Below, in pieces: positions 1 to 9,506 of a DNA stretch of 62,724 nucleotides. The first letter of the stretch is position 1. Every line of letters starts with the position of its first letter. Under the pieces are notes generated by a model. That model saw nothing but the letters and a program-made list of their open reading frames with translations. It was not told where the DNA came from and did no database searches. The position numbers and the translations under genes were made by a program. The DNA is from a virus (lineage: Duplodnaviria; Caudoviricetes), in the IMG/VR virus record IMGVR_UViG_3300014323_000033, positions 1-62,724 of that record; one strand, given 5' to 3'.

Positions 1-123
1 CGAGCTCGAGAAGGACGCGGTCCTGTTTCTCTGGCGCGTGGCCGCAATGCAGGAGGAGGCGCTCGAGGTCGTGCGCGCGTGGGGCTTCACGCCGAAGGCT
101 GAGGTCGTGTGGGCCAAGACCAC
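1..123 (+). repeat. Left copy of 123-bp terminal direct repeat (circular overlap)
   Basis: Identical to 62602-62724 (cgagctcgagaaggac...gccaagaccac). Confidence 0.97.
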
Positions 124-418
124 CGACGACGGGAAGCGGCTTCGAATGGGCATGGGCCGCACCGTGCGCAACTGTCACGAGACGTGTCTCATCGCGGTCC
201 GCGGGAAACCCGTCTGCTTGAGCAAGCGCGAGCTCTCGATCTTCTACGCGCCGCGTGGCCCGCTTCACTCGGCGAAGCCGGACAAGTTTTTCAAGCTCGT
301 CCAGCGGCTGTACGCCGGTCCCTACGCCGAGCTCTTCGCGCGCGCCGAGCGCGCGGGCTGGGAGCAGTACGGCGACATGCTCGAGGACGAGACGCGCGCC
401 GCGCCGGTGCGGCCGTGA
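1..418 (+). CDS. MT-A70 family adenine methyltransferase, 3' part
   Basis: AWGF..WAK, MGMG..VRN.HE.CLIAVRG, HSAKP and ELFAR..R.GW motifs typical of MT-A70. Confidence 0.88.
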   Translation, partial: ELEKDAVLFLWRVAAMQEEALEVVRAWGFTPKAEVVWAKTTDDGKRLRMGMGRTVRNCHETCLIAVRGKPVCLSKRELSIFYAPRGPLHSAKPDKFFKLVQRLYAGPYAELFARAERAGWEQYGDMLEDETRAAPVRP

Positions 419-690
419 GCGTGCCGGTCCCGCAGTGGCGGCGGCGCTTCAGCGCGGCCGTAGACATGACCGGGCAAGAGCGCGCGGGCTGGAAGGTGCA
501 CCGGCGCGGGGGCAACGTCGGCGGCTCGGCGACGTGGTGGGCGACGCACCACTGCGGCGGCCCCGAGCAGCTCGTGCTCGGCACGCAGCTACGCGCAGGG
601 CAGCCGAAGTACTGCAACGCGTGCCGGCCGAAGCCGCCGGGGACCGTGGTGCTCACCGGGCGTTTGAGGCCGAAGCGCAAAAAGCATTGA
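415..690 (+). CDS. Small Cys/His protein resembling the 'DLTGQRFG..W.C.CG' phage DNA-binding module
   Basis: GTGA overlap with the upstream stop; DMTGQERAGWKV...WWATHHCG...LRAGQPKYCNAC. Confidence 0.55.
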   Translation: MSVPVPQWRRRFSAAVDMTGQERAGWKVHRRGGNVGGSATWWATHHCGGPEQLVLGTQLRAGQPKYCNACRPKPPGTVVLTGRLRPKRKKH

Positions 691-714
691 CCCTGCGAGG
701 CGCCCGCCTACCCT
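687..714 (+). promoter_or_regulatory. Putative sigma70-type promoter upstream of the recombination operon
   Basis: TTGACC-N16-TACCCT at the gene boundary upstream of 775. Confidence 0.45.
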
Positions 715-774
715 AACGGAGAGCCCGCCCGGGTCAGTTGGCCCCGGCACGCCTCGAAAGGAAAGCAGGACCTC

Positions 775-1134
775 ATGCCCCAAGACCTCATCGACAACGT
801 CGCCCGTGCGGCGGCCGCTCCGGCGCCGACGATCACGGTGAACGACGAGCTCTCGATCGCGGCGAGCGCGATCTGCTCGCTCGCTGCTCGGCACGTCACG
901 CTCTACGAGAACATGGTCGCTCGCGCGCGCCGTGGCGACCGGGGCTTCCGCCTCGAGGAGAGCGAGAAGCTACTCGCGATCTGGAGTGACGCCGCGAAGC
1001 GCATCGACGAAGGCCGCCCGCTCTCGAGCGAGCAGGTGCGCGAGATTGAGGACGCCCTCGAATGCGGCGACTACGACCTCGTGCTCACTCCTGCCGAGCT
1101 CTCCGTCGTCCGACGGTGGCGCGGCTTCCACTAA
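775..1134 (+). CDS. Hypothetical protein
   Basis: RBS (AGGA) upstream, phage-typical codon usage. Confidence 0.7.
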   Translation: MPQDLIDNVARAAAAPAPTITVNDELSIAASAICSLAARHVTLYENMVARARRGDRGFRLEESEKLLAIWSDAAKRIDEGRPLSSEQVREIEDALECGDYDLVLTPAELSVVRRWRGFH

Positions 1135-1284
1135 GAGACGCGGCGGCGGCACGCCTGGGCCCATGAGGTCCCGGGCCCCCTTGGGGGCCGCCGTGTTTCC
1201 GAAGCCCTGCCCGCTCGCCGGCCCCCGAAGGCCGCCCCGGCGACCGCGCAGGCACGCGCGACGCTCACCACCGAAAGGCACCGA

Positions 1285-2253
1285 ATGCACGAGACGCTCG
1301 ACATCACGAAGATCCTCACCAAGGCGACGCCCACGGGCGTCGTTTCCACCGACCGCGAGAAATGGCTCAACGCCCGAATGCACGGGTTCTCCTCGAGCGA
1401 CACGGCGGCGCTCCTCGGCTTCGACCCGGACAAGTCGCCGCTCGCGGTCTATGCCGAGAAGCTCGGCAAACCGATCAAGGAGCCCACGCCCGAGCTGCAG
1501 GAGCTCATGGATTGGGGCTCCGATTTCGAGGCGCCGATCCTCGCACGCTACGGCCGCCGCACCGGGCACCGTGTCGTTCAGTCGGGCGCGCTCCTGCGCC
1601 ACACGGTGCACCCGTTCCTGCTGCAGACCGTGGACGGCTTCGACCTCGACGAAGGCCGGCAGCTCGAGGTCAAAACGTACGGCGACGGCTTCCGCGTGGT
1701 GCGCGACAAGTGGAAGGACGAGCAGGTGCCGCAGCGCGTGATCTGCCAAGTGCAGCACCAACTGCTCTTCGGGCAAAAGGACGTGAAGCTGCTCGCGCTG
1801 CCGCTGAACGAGCGCAAGCTCCGGATCCAGCTCATCACGCCGCACCCCGAGTTTCAGGCGTTCATGGTGGCGCAGCTCGCCGAGCACTGGGATCGGCTCA
1901 AGCGTGGGCACCTGCCCGAGCCCGACGGCAGCGAGAGCGCGCGCGACGCGCTGCAGGCGATCTACGCCGGCGCCGACGGGACGACCGTGCAGCTCCCCGA
2001 GGGCTGGCCCGAGCGCACCGACGAGTACTCGCAGCTCTCCAAGCTCCTGCGCCAGGGCGAGGAGCGGCGCGACGAAATCAAGAACGAGCTCCGCGCCGCG
2101 CTCGGCTCGGCGAGCTACGGCAAGGTCGGCGACGGCCGGCAATGGTCCCTGCTCGAGCAGGCCGGCCCCTCTCACAAGTGCAGCGAATGCGGTCACGTCG
2201 ACCGCGGAAAAGGGTTCCGTTCTCCCCGCCTCTCCGGAAAGGTCCGCAAATGA
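1285..2253 (+). CDS. YqaJ-like viral recombinase / lambda-exonuclease family nuclease
   Basis: WL..RM.G.SSSD.AALLG, WG..FE..I, HPFL..TVDG, LEVKT, QVQHQL motifs. Confidence 0.9.
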   Translation: MHETLDITKILTKATPTGVVSTDREKWLNARMHGFSSSDTAALLGFDPDKSPLAVYAEKLGKPIKEPTPELQELMDWGSDFEAPILARYGRRTGHRVVQSGALLRHTVHPFLLQTVDGFDLDEGRQLEVKTYGDGFRVVRDKWKDEQVPQRVICQVQHQLLFGQKDVKLLALPLNERKLRIQLITPHPEFQAFMVAQLAEHWDRLKRGHLPEPDGSESARDALQAIYAGADGTTVQLPEGWPERTDEYSQLSKLLRQGEERRDEIKNELRAALGSASYGKVGDGRQWSLLEQAGPSHKCSECGHVDRGKGFRSPRLSGKVRK

Positions 2254-3332
2254 GCACCAAGCAAACCCCACCCGCCCAGCAACCCACGAAGCCGAAACAC
2301 CCGCTGCAGCAACGCAAGGACGAGCTCCTGCGCATGCTGACGCGGACCGCCTTCTTGCACCTCGTCGAGCGCTCCGTGCCGGTCGGCGTCGCGCTCGATC
2401 CGCAGCGCCTGATCTACCAGGCCTTCCACGTCCTTTGCACGCCGGACGAACGTACGGGCGAGTTCAAGCTGCTCGCCTGCGACAACGCGTCGATCGCGCG
2501 CGCCGTGCTCAAGGCCGCGACGCTCGGGCTCGAGTTTCACGGGCAGGCGTTCCTGATCCCGTACGGCGCCACCTGCACGTTCATGTCGAGCGTGTGGGGC
2601 GAGCTCGCGCGCGTGCAGCGCACCGGGCAGCTCAAGCGTTGTTGGGCCGAGGTGGTGTACGAGGCCGACGAATTCGAGATCGTCGTCGGTGAGTTTCCGA
2701 AGCTCGTCCACGTCCTCACCAAATCGATCACGCTCCCCGGGGCCAACATCCCGATCGGTGACGTGAAGGCCGTCATCAAAAAGGAGAACGGCGGGCGCGG
2801 CGCGCCGCTCTTCGCCTACGCCTGCGGCGAGCTGCCGAACGGCGTGGTGATCTGGGATTACATGCTAGAGGCCGAGATGGCCGTCGCGCGCTCGCTCGCG
2901 GCGAGCAGCAACAGCCCGGCTCACCGGAATTGGGGCGACGAGATGCGGTCGAAGATGGCCCTTCGGCGCGCCATGAAAAAATGGCCGCACGGCGCCGAGC
3001 TCGCAAAGCAGCTCACCGAGCTCGAGGGCGGCGGGCGCCTCGACGAGACCGCCGAGCGCGACCTCGCTTCGGTGCTCGAGAGCACGGGCGAGGACGTGAC
3101 GCGCGGCCCGGTACCGGCGGCGGCCGAGCCCGCCCAGGGCGAGCAGCAGGGCCAGGCGCCGCCGGCGCCGAAGGCCCCCGCCGAGCTCCCCGCGCCGAGC
3201 CCCATGGGCGGCGTGACCTCGCAGCTCGACGCCATGCTCGCCGAGTCTCGCGCCCGCAGCGCCTCGGCGCGCACGGTGCCCGGTTTCGCTCCGAGCGACG
3301 CCGAAGACGATGTAGCCAACAACGACTCTTGA
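2250..3332 (+). CDS. recT: RecT-like single-strand annealing protein
   Basis: ATGA overlap with yqaJ; SI..AVL.AA.LGL, GQAFLIPY, VVYE.DEF, W.DEM..K..LRR..K.WP motifs. Confidence 0.88.
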   Translation: MSTKQTPPAQQPTKPKHPLQQRKDELLRMLTRTAFLHLVERSVPVGVALDPQRLIYQAFHVLCTPDERTGEFKLLACDNASIARAVLKAATLGLEFHGQAFLIPYGATCTFMSSVWGELARVQRTGQLKRCWAEVVYEADEFEIVVGEFPKLVHVLTKSITLPGANIPIGDVKAVIKKENGGRGAPLFAYACGELPNGVVIWDYMLEAEMAVARSLAASSNSPAHRNWGDEMRSKMALRRAMKKWPHGAELAKQLTELEGGGRLDETAERDLASVLESTGEDVTRGPVPAAAEPAQGEQQGQAPPAPKAPAELPAPSPMGGVTSQLDAMLAESRARSASARTVPGFAPSDAEDDVANNDS

Positions 3333-3345
3333 AAGGAACCGACCT

Positions 3346-4620
3346 GTGGACCAACCCCTCACGTTTACCAAGCTAGAAGTCTCGAACGTCCTCCGCATCA
3401 AGCTCGTCCGTGTGCGCCCCGACGGCTCCGTGTTCGTCGTCGGCGGCGCCAACGACCAGGGCAAGACGAGCCTCATCGACTCGATCGCCATGCTGCTCGG
3501 CGGCGCCGACGCGATCCCGAAAGTGCCGCTGCGCAAGGGCGCCAAGCGCGGGCATATCATCGGCCGGCTCGGCGGGCCCGAAGGCCACGAGCTCGAGATC
3601 GAACGCACGTTCACCGAGAAGAGCAGCGCGCTCGTGGTGCGCAACGCCGACGGGCAGGAGCAGAAGAGCCCGCAGAAGCTGCTCGCGACGCTCTACTCGT
3701 CGATCTCCTTCGACCCGCTCGAATTCATCAAGGTCAAGCCGCAGGCCCGCGCCGAGCTCGCCAAGCGCGCCATGGGCCTCGACTTCACCGAGCTCGAGAC
3801 GAAGCGCGCGCAGGCCTTCACGGACCGGCACGCCGCGAATAAGCGGGTGCGCGATCTCGAGGGCGAGCTGCGCGGCCTCGGGGAGTACGACGACGACGCG
3901 CCGAAGCAGGAGCAGAGCGCGGCCGAGCTCGCGGGCAAGGTGGCCGACGCCCGCAGCTACGGGACGCGCCTCGCGCTGCTCGAGGAGAGCGTCGCCGATC
4001 GCCGGCAAATGGCCGAGCGGGCCGCCGAGCGCGTCGAGCGGGCAAAGCGCGAGCTCGCGGCCGCCGACGCGGCGCTGCTCGAGGCCGGGCAGGCCTACCA
4101 GGGCGCGCAGGCCGCGCTCACCGAGGCCCAGGGCGCGGCGCCGGACGTGGCCGTGCTCGAGGCGAGCCTGCGCGACGTGGAAGCCGTCAACGCGCGGGTG
4201 CGGCAGAACCAGGCACGCGACGCCAAGGAGAGCGAGCTCGACCGGGCGCGGGGTGACGCCGAGCGGCTCGAGGGCGAGCTCAAGGCCTTCGACGAAGAAA
4301 AGGCGAAGCGGATCGCCGACACGAAGTTCCCCGTCGCCGGCGTGAGCTTCTCGCCCGAGGGGCTCGTGCTCCTCGACGAGCTGCCGTTCGAGCAGGCCGC
4401 ACACTCCAAGCAAATCCGTCTGAGCGCCGCGATCGGCTTCGCGCTCAACCCACGCCTGCGCGTGCTCCTGATTCGCGAGGGCTCCGACCTCGACTCCAAG
4501 GCGCGCAAGCTCCTCGCCGAGATCGCGACGGAGCAGGGCGGGCAGGTCTGGCTCGAGGTGGTGAGCGAGAGCGGCGAGGGCTGCTCGGTGGTGCTCGAGG
4601 ACGGCGAGGTGCAGTCATGA
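3346..4620 (+). CDS. SMC/RecF-like AAA ATPase with central coiled coil
   Basis: Walker A GANDQGKTS, long coiled coil, C-terminal VLLIREG..LD. Confidence 0.82.
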   Translation: MDQPLTFTKLEVSNVLRIKLVRVRPDGSVFVVGGANDQGKTSLIDSIAMLLGGADAIPKVPLRKGAKRGHIIGRLGGPEGHELEIERTFTEKSSALVVRNADGQEQKSPQKLLATLYSSISFDPLEFIKVKPQARAELAKRAMGLDFTELETKRAQAFTDRHAANKRVRDLEGELRGLGEYDDDAPKQEQSAAELAGKVADARSYGTRLALLEESVADRRQMAERAAERVERAKRELAAADAALLEAGQAYQGAQAALTEAQGAAPDVAVLEASLRDVEAVNARVRQNQARDAKESELDRARGDAERLEGELKAFDEEKAKRIADTKFPVAGVSFSPEGLVLLDELPFEQAAHSKQIRLSAAIGFALNPRLRVLLIREGSDLDSKARKLLAEIATEQGGQVWLEVVSESGEGCSVVLEDGEVQS

Positions 4621-4916
4621 CGCGCGAGGAGCTGCTCGAGGTCGTCGAGAAGACGCTGCAGGAGCTCGACAAGCGCGGGGCCGAGGTGCGCCTCGAGCTC
4701 TGCAAGGTCGAGCCCGTGGTCGAGGGCTGGCTCACCCGGTTCGAACGGGCCGCGCAGCTCGAGGCCCTCGCGGCGCTTGTGAAGCTCGAGGCCACGGGGC
4801 TCGAGGCCGAGCGCTGGGCCTCCGACATCGGGTCGAGCTACCCGCAAGACCCGCGGAACACCGACACGTCGGCCGTCCTGCGCAAGCTGCTCGCCGCTGC
4901 CGGGGTGCTCACATGA
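4617..4916 (+). CDS. Hypothetical protein
   Basis: ATGA coupling at both ends. Confidence 0.7.
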   Translation: MTREELLEVVEKTLQELDKRGAEVRLELCKVEPVVEGWLTRFERAAQLEALAALVKLEATGLEAERWASDIGSSYPQDPRNTDTSAVLRKLLAAAGVLT

Positions 4917-5218
4917 GCGCCGCCGGCGACGAGAAGCCCGAGCCCTGCCCGCACCGGCCGCGGTTCAACGCGGTCGGGCGCACGCTCTCGGCGGCGCTGC
5001 CCGATTTCCTAGCGTCGGTCGGCCTGCTCGAAAAGGCCGACCTCGTGATCGTGGTCTCGAGCCGCGTGTGCGGGTGCAACGTCGTCGTGGCGGACAGCCC
5101 GGAGGAGGCACGCGCCGCCGCCGGGCACCTGCTCGCGACCGCCGCCGCCGCCGAGGCGCGGCAGGCCACCACCGGCACGATCGACAACCCCACCGTCATC
5201 GAAGGGCGGCGCAAGTGA
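4913..5218 (+). CDS. Hypothetical protein
   Basis: ATGA coupling. Confidence 0.65.
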   Translation: MSAAGDEKPEPCPHRPRFNAVGRTLSAALPDFLASVGLLEKADLVIVVSSRVCGCNVVVADSPEEARAAAGHLLATAAAAEARQATTGTIDNPTVIEGRRK

Positions 5219-5715
5219 AGCGCGAGATCATTTGCCCGGTTTGCGACCGCGATCTCGTGAAGGTCGTCGCGCCCACGTACCCGCTCTTGAACGCCGAATT
5301 CGAGGGCGTGCGCCGGCGCCGCGGGCGGGCCCGGCTGCCCATGCGTTGCGACCAATGCAACGGCGAAATCCCCCTGCTCGGGCTTTGCATGGCGTGGTCG
5401 ATCTACCGCGGCTCGCAGGCGGGCGCCGAGCTCGGGCCCCCGCGGCACGGCTCGGAGTACTTCGAATGGGAGGCCTCGCGCGTCGAGCTCATGCCGGCGC
5501 CGCTGCCGCTCGCGCCGTGGCACTGCGCGCATTGCAAGAGCGAGCTCGAGGTCGAGGACGCCGCGCAGTGCATCGTCCAAAAGGTCACCGACACCGGTGA
5601 GCCGCCCGAGCGATTGGCGCTGCCGGGTTCGTTTCACCGGTGGTGCATCGACGCGGCCACGAACGCGTTCGTCTCGGAGCGGCTCGCCGGAGCTGCGCGC
5701 GCGCCGGGCAGGTGA
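5215..5715 (+). CDS. Cys-rich putative zinc-binding protein
   Basis: GTGA coupling; CPVC, CDQC, CAHC and HRWC motifs. Confidence 0.65.
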   Translation: MKREIICPVCDRDLVKVVAPTYPLLNAEFEGVRRRRGRARLPMRCDQCNGEIPLLGLCMAWSIYRGSQAGAELGPPRHGSEYFEWEASRVELMPAPLPLAPWHCAHCKSELEVEDAAQCIVQKVTDTGEPPERLALPGSFHRWCIDAATNAFVSERLAGAARAPGR

Positions 5716-5718
5716 AGC

Positions 5719-7638
5719 GTGAGCCGCTCGATCGTCCTGGGCGAGGGCCTCGAGCTGCCGCCCGAGTACGTGACGGCGACGGGCGCACTGCTCGCCGTGC
5801 GCGGCGCCGGCAAGACCAACGGCGCGCGCGTGATGGCCGAGGGCATGTTCGACGCGGGCCTGCCCTTCGTCGCGATCGATCCCGTGGGAAGCTGGTACGG
5901 GCTTCGGTCGGGGCGCGACGGGAAGGCCGCCGGCGGGCTGGCGATCCCGATCTTCGGCGGGCGGCATGGCGACGTGCCGATCGACCGGGCCGAGGGCGCC
6001 GACGTGGCCGACATCATCGTGCGCGAAAACCTGAGCTGCTTGCTCGACCTCTCGCGGTTCGAGAGCGAGGCCGCAAAAAAGGATTTCCTGCTCGACTTCA
6101 CCAAGCGTCTGTACGAGCAGAACGAGACGGCGCGGCATCTTTTCCTCGAGGAGGCCGACGACTACATCCCGCAGCGGCCCATGCGCGACGAGGTGCGGCT
6201 CCTGCGCGCCTGGGAAAACATCGTCCGGCGCGGCCGGGGGCGCGGGCTCGGGATGACCATGGTCACGCAGCGAAGCGCGGCCATCAATAAGAACGTGCTC
6301 ACGCAGGTCGAGACCTTGTTCGTGCTACGCACCTCGAGCCCGCAGGACCGCAAGGCGATCGAGGGCTGGGTTCGGTCGAGCTCGGTGGAAGTGAGCAAGG
6401 AGGACCTCGCGACGGTGCCGCAGCTCAAGAGCGGCGAGGCCTTCTGCTGGTCGCCGCATTTCCTCGGCAGCGTGACGCGCTTCCGGTTCAAGCTCTCCCG
6501 CACGTGGGACAGCGGGGCCACGCCCAAGCCGGGCGAGAAGCGGGCGGCCACGCTCGCCCAGGTCGACGTCGCCAAACTGACCGAGGAGCTCGAGAAGCCC
6601 GCGCCGCCGCCGGCGCGCGACGCCGTGGCCGACGCCGATCACGAGGCGATGCTCGAGGCGCTGCGCGATCGGCTCGCCGACGCCGAGGGCGCGCGCGACA
6701 CCCTGCGCGCGCAGCTCACGCAGCTCGAGGTGCGCCTGCGCGTCGAGGACGGGCAGATCGCCCGGCTCGAAAAGGCGGCCCGCGACATCGAGCTCGCCGG
6801 GCTCTCCGTGGTGGAAGCGGCGCGCGATCTTTTCATTCGCCTCCCCGCGCCACATGGACGTCCGGATTCCAGCCTGGATTTATCCCCAGGGTTGGGGACG
6901 GAGCCGCGCATCCCGGCGGAAGGTAACGGGAAAGCGCCGGGGACTTTTCCCCAAGTGAGCGCGGCGCGCCTCGACGCGCTCCTGCAGATGCCCGACGAGG
7001 GCTTCGTCTCGGTGCCGGGCAAGCCGGGCCGGCTGCAGGTGCGCAAGGGGCAGCGGCTCTCGATTCAGACGCACGACGGCCGGCTGCCGGTCGACGTCGA
7101 GGTGAGCGACCTCCGGATCACGGACGTCAAGGAGGGCCGCGATTCGACCGAGGTGACCGTGCGCGCCGAGGGCACCGTGCAGCTCGAGGAGCGGGTGCGG
7201 CGCGTGCTCACCGTGCTCGCGCAGCACGGGCCCACCGACCTCGGGAAGCTCGCCATCCTGGCCGGCTACTCGCGCACCGGCGGGTCTTTCAAGAACGCCG
7301 TCGGGCGCTGCCGCACGGAGGCGTACGTCACCCCGGGGCCGATGCCGGCGCTCACCGACCGCGGGCGAGCCGTGCTCGGCAAGGTGCCCACGCTGCCGCG
7401 GTCGGCGATGGCGCTGCGGGAGTACTGGTACCTGCAGCTCGAGAGCAGGGCGCGGCGCGTGCTCGAGGCCGCGATCTCGGCGCACCCTCGCGCGCTGCAC
7501 CCCGCCGAGCTCGCCATTCGGGCGGGCTTCCCCGATCACACGGGCGGGTCGTTCAAGAACGGCCTGGGCTCGCTGCGCACGCTCGGGCTCGTGTCGAAGG
7601 GCAAGCCGGTCAAGGTGGCCGAGGAGCTCGTGCGATGA
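5719..7638 (+). CDS. HerA/FtsK-like (DUF87-type) P-loop ATPase with coiled coil and duplicated C-terminal HTH-like domain
   Basis: Walker A AVRGAGKT, AIDPVG, Walker B LFLEEAD, GRGRGLG.TMVTQR; two C-terminal repeats with LAI.AG..GGSFKN. Confidence 0.85.
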   Translation: MSRSIVLGEGLELPPEYVTATGALLAVRGAGKTNGARVMAEGMFDAGLPFVAIDPVGSWYGLRSGRDGKAAGGLAIPIFGGRHGDVPIDRAEGADVADIIVRENLSCLLDLSRFESEAAKKDFLLDFTKRLYEQNETARHLFLEEADDYIPQRPMRDEVRLLRAWENIVRRGRGRGLGMTMVTQRSAAINKNVLTQVETLFVLRTSSPQDRKAIEGWVRSSSVEVSKEDLATVPQLKSGEAFCWSPHFLGSVTRFRFKLSRTWDSGATPKPGEKRAATLAQVDVAKLTEELEKPAPPPARDAVADADHEAMLEALRDRLADAEGARDTLRAQLTQLEVRLRVEDGQIARLEKAARDIELAGLSVVEAARDLFIRLPAPHGRPDSSLDLSPGLGTEPRIPAEGNGKAPGTFPQVSAARLDALLQMPDEGFVSVPGKPGRLQVRKGQRLSIQTHDGRLPVDVEVSDLRITDVKEGRDSTEVTVRAEGTVQLEERVRRVLTVLAQHGPTDLGKLAILAGYSRTGGSFKNAVGRCRTEAYVTPGPMPALTDRGRAVLGKVPTLPRSAMALREYWYLQLESRARRVLEAAISAHPRALHPAELAIRAGFPDHTGGSFKNGLGSLRTLGLVSKGKPVKVAEELVR

Positions 7639-9506
7639 GGACGCGCAAGCCTGGGCTCGGCGTCTTCGGGGGCGCGCCGCCGCCCACGTTCGACACGTAC
7701 GAGCGCGCGAGCGTGATCGGGCAGGCGGCAGGACCACGCGCGATCACGCAGGAGCAGGCCGTACGGGCGGGCCTGCACGGGGCGACGAACCTGCCGCGCC
7801 TCGAGCACCGCGACCGGCAGCTCACGAGCAAGCGCCTCCCCGGGTGGAACTTTCACATTCCGCTCTCAACGTCCGACGGCGTGGTGACCGCCAAGGCGCT
7901 CGCCGGCGGCCCCGAGCAGCCGGGGACCGAGGAGCTCCGGGCGCTCGCGGCCCTGCTGCGCCTGCCCGAGGAGGAGCGGTTCACGGCCGAGCGGCTCACC
8001 GAGCTCGCGACGATGCTCAAGATCGACGTCGCCTGCTTCTTGGGGATCGCCAAGGCGCTCGCCGAGGTGCCGCCGGAAGCGCGCGCGCCGGCGCTGCAGC
8101 GCGCCGAGGCCCTGCTCAACGAGCGCGCGCGCCTCGAGCTCGAGGACACGTGTGCTCGGCTTTTCCTCGAGATCGCGCTGCCGCAGGCGACGTGCCCCGT
8201 GACGCTCCTGCTCTTCTCGTACCAACCGGGCCACGTCGCCTACAAGACCGCGCTCGATCGGGCCGCCCTCGGGCAGGCGCTGCACGAGCTCGTCGAGGGC
8301 TGGCGCACGGGCAAGCCCCGCGAGATCAGGACCGATCGCCCGCCCAACCTGCCGACCGCCGAGCAGGCGCAGCGGATCCTCGACGCCGTGCGCGCTGCCC
8401 TGCCCGACGACGTGGGGATCGGCTGCGCGCTGCTCTTCGGCGTGCCGCCGGCGACGCTCTACATTGCGAACGCGGACCGCGAGGGCATGACGCAAGTCCT
8501 CGGCGACCTCGCCGAAAACATCGCGCTCGACGACGCGATCGACATCGTGGGCCGCGCGCGCCGCGTGGTGAAGGACTGGCATTGTCCGCCGGGTGAAGCG
8601 AAGACCGCGCAGGCGTTCGAGCTCTTCGCAATGAACGCCGCGCATGCCTACGGCGTGCTCGGGTGGCGGCCGGGCATGGATCAGGACGCGACCTCGTCCT
8701 GGGAGGAGCGCGCGGTTCTGGCAGCGGGGAAGAACCCAGCCTTTGACGCCATCTTCCGGCGCGTGGCGACGTTCCTCGGCGGCTTTCCGGGTAACGGTTT
8801 CGAGCTCGAACGCGGGTTCCACGCGGAAGTCTACGCCCTGATGACCGGGTTCCTGCACACGTGGCGGCAGGCCTCGTACGCTCGGCTCGAGGTGGGCCAC
8901 AAGCTCGCGGCCGCGCTCTGCTTGACCGACGTGCCCGACGATCTCGAGGTGCGCGCGCCCTGGCCCGCGTGGTCGCTCGTGCTGCCCGACGGGCTCTTCG
9001 GCGACGTCGACGTGAAGGCGTTAGCGAACGGCGAGCGAGCGGCGCGCGTGTGGTGCCTTGGCACTGACGACGCCTACGTCGTCACTTCGCGCGGGGCGTT
9101 CTTCGTGCGCGATCCGGAGGAGGAGCGCGACGCGATCGGCGTCTCGCTGCGCAACCTGATCCGCGGCGCGTGCCTCGCGCTCTCGAACCCCGAAGCCAGC
9201 CGCAAGCCGGGCGGGCGCTCGCAGGCGAGCAAGGCCTCGAGCCGCAGGCACGGACCGCCGGAGCTTGAGCAGGCGCGGTACCTGCTCGCGGCGCCGGTCA
9301 AGATCGACCTGCGCGAGCACCTCCGCGGCGTGCTCGAGGGCCGCAAGGGCGCGAGCCCGACCGTGCAGTTTCTCGTGCGCGGCCATTGGCGGCAGCAGGC
9401 GTACGGCCCGCAGCACTCACTGCGGCGCGCCACCTGGATCGAACCGTTTTGGAAAGGCCCGGAGGAGGCGCGCGTCCTGCTCCGACAACACAAGGTCGAA
9501 GAATGA
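7635..9506 (+). CDS. Large multidomain hypothetical protein
   Basis: 623-aa ORF; C-terminal VRGHWRQQAYG....R...WIEPFWKG motif seen in phage proteins of unknown function. Confidence 0.75.
   Translation: MRTRKPGLGVFGGAPPPTFDTYERASVIGQAAGPRAITQEQAVRAGLHGATNLPRLEHRDRQLTSKRLPGWNFHIPLSTSDGVVTAKALAGGPEQPGTEELRALAALLRLPEEERFTAERLTELATMLKIDVACFLGIAKALAEVPPEARAPALQRAEALLNERARLELEDTCARLFLEIALPQATCPVTLLLFSYQPGHVAYKTALDRAALGQALHELVEGWRTGKPREIRTDRPPNLPTAEQAQRILDAVRAALPDDVGIGCALLFGVPPATLYIANADREGMTQVLGDLAENIALDDAIDIVGRARRVVKDWHCPPGEAKTAQAFELFAMNAAHAYGVLGWRPGMDQDATSSWEERAVLAAGKNPAFDAIFRRVATFLGGFPGNGFELERGFHAEVYALMTGFLHTWRQASYARLEVGHKLAAALCLTDVPDDLEVRAPWPAWSLVLPDGLFGDVDVKALANGERAARVWCLGTDDAYVVTSRGAFFVRDPEEERDAIGVSLRNLIRGACLALSNPEASRKPGGRSQASKASSRRHGPPELEQARYLLAAPVKIDLREHLRGVLEGRKGASPTVQFLVRGHWRQQAYGPQHSLRRATWIEPFWKGPEEARVLLRQHKVEE

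Noticed and set aside
1135-1284. Self-cleaving ribozyme or tRNA in the intergenic gap
   Set aside because: No hammerhead core (CUGAUGA/GAAA) or tRNA T-loop and cloverleaf could be identified by eye
1362-2249. N-terminal extension of RecT in the ORF track
   Set aside because: It overlaps yqaJ out of frame; the coupled ATG at 2250 is the likely start. The same applies to several other over-extended ORFs
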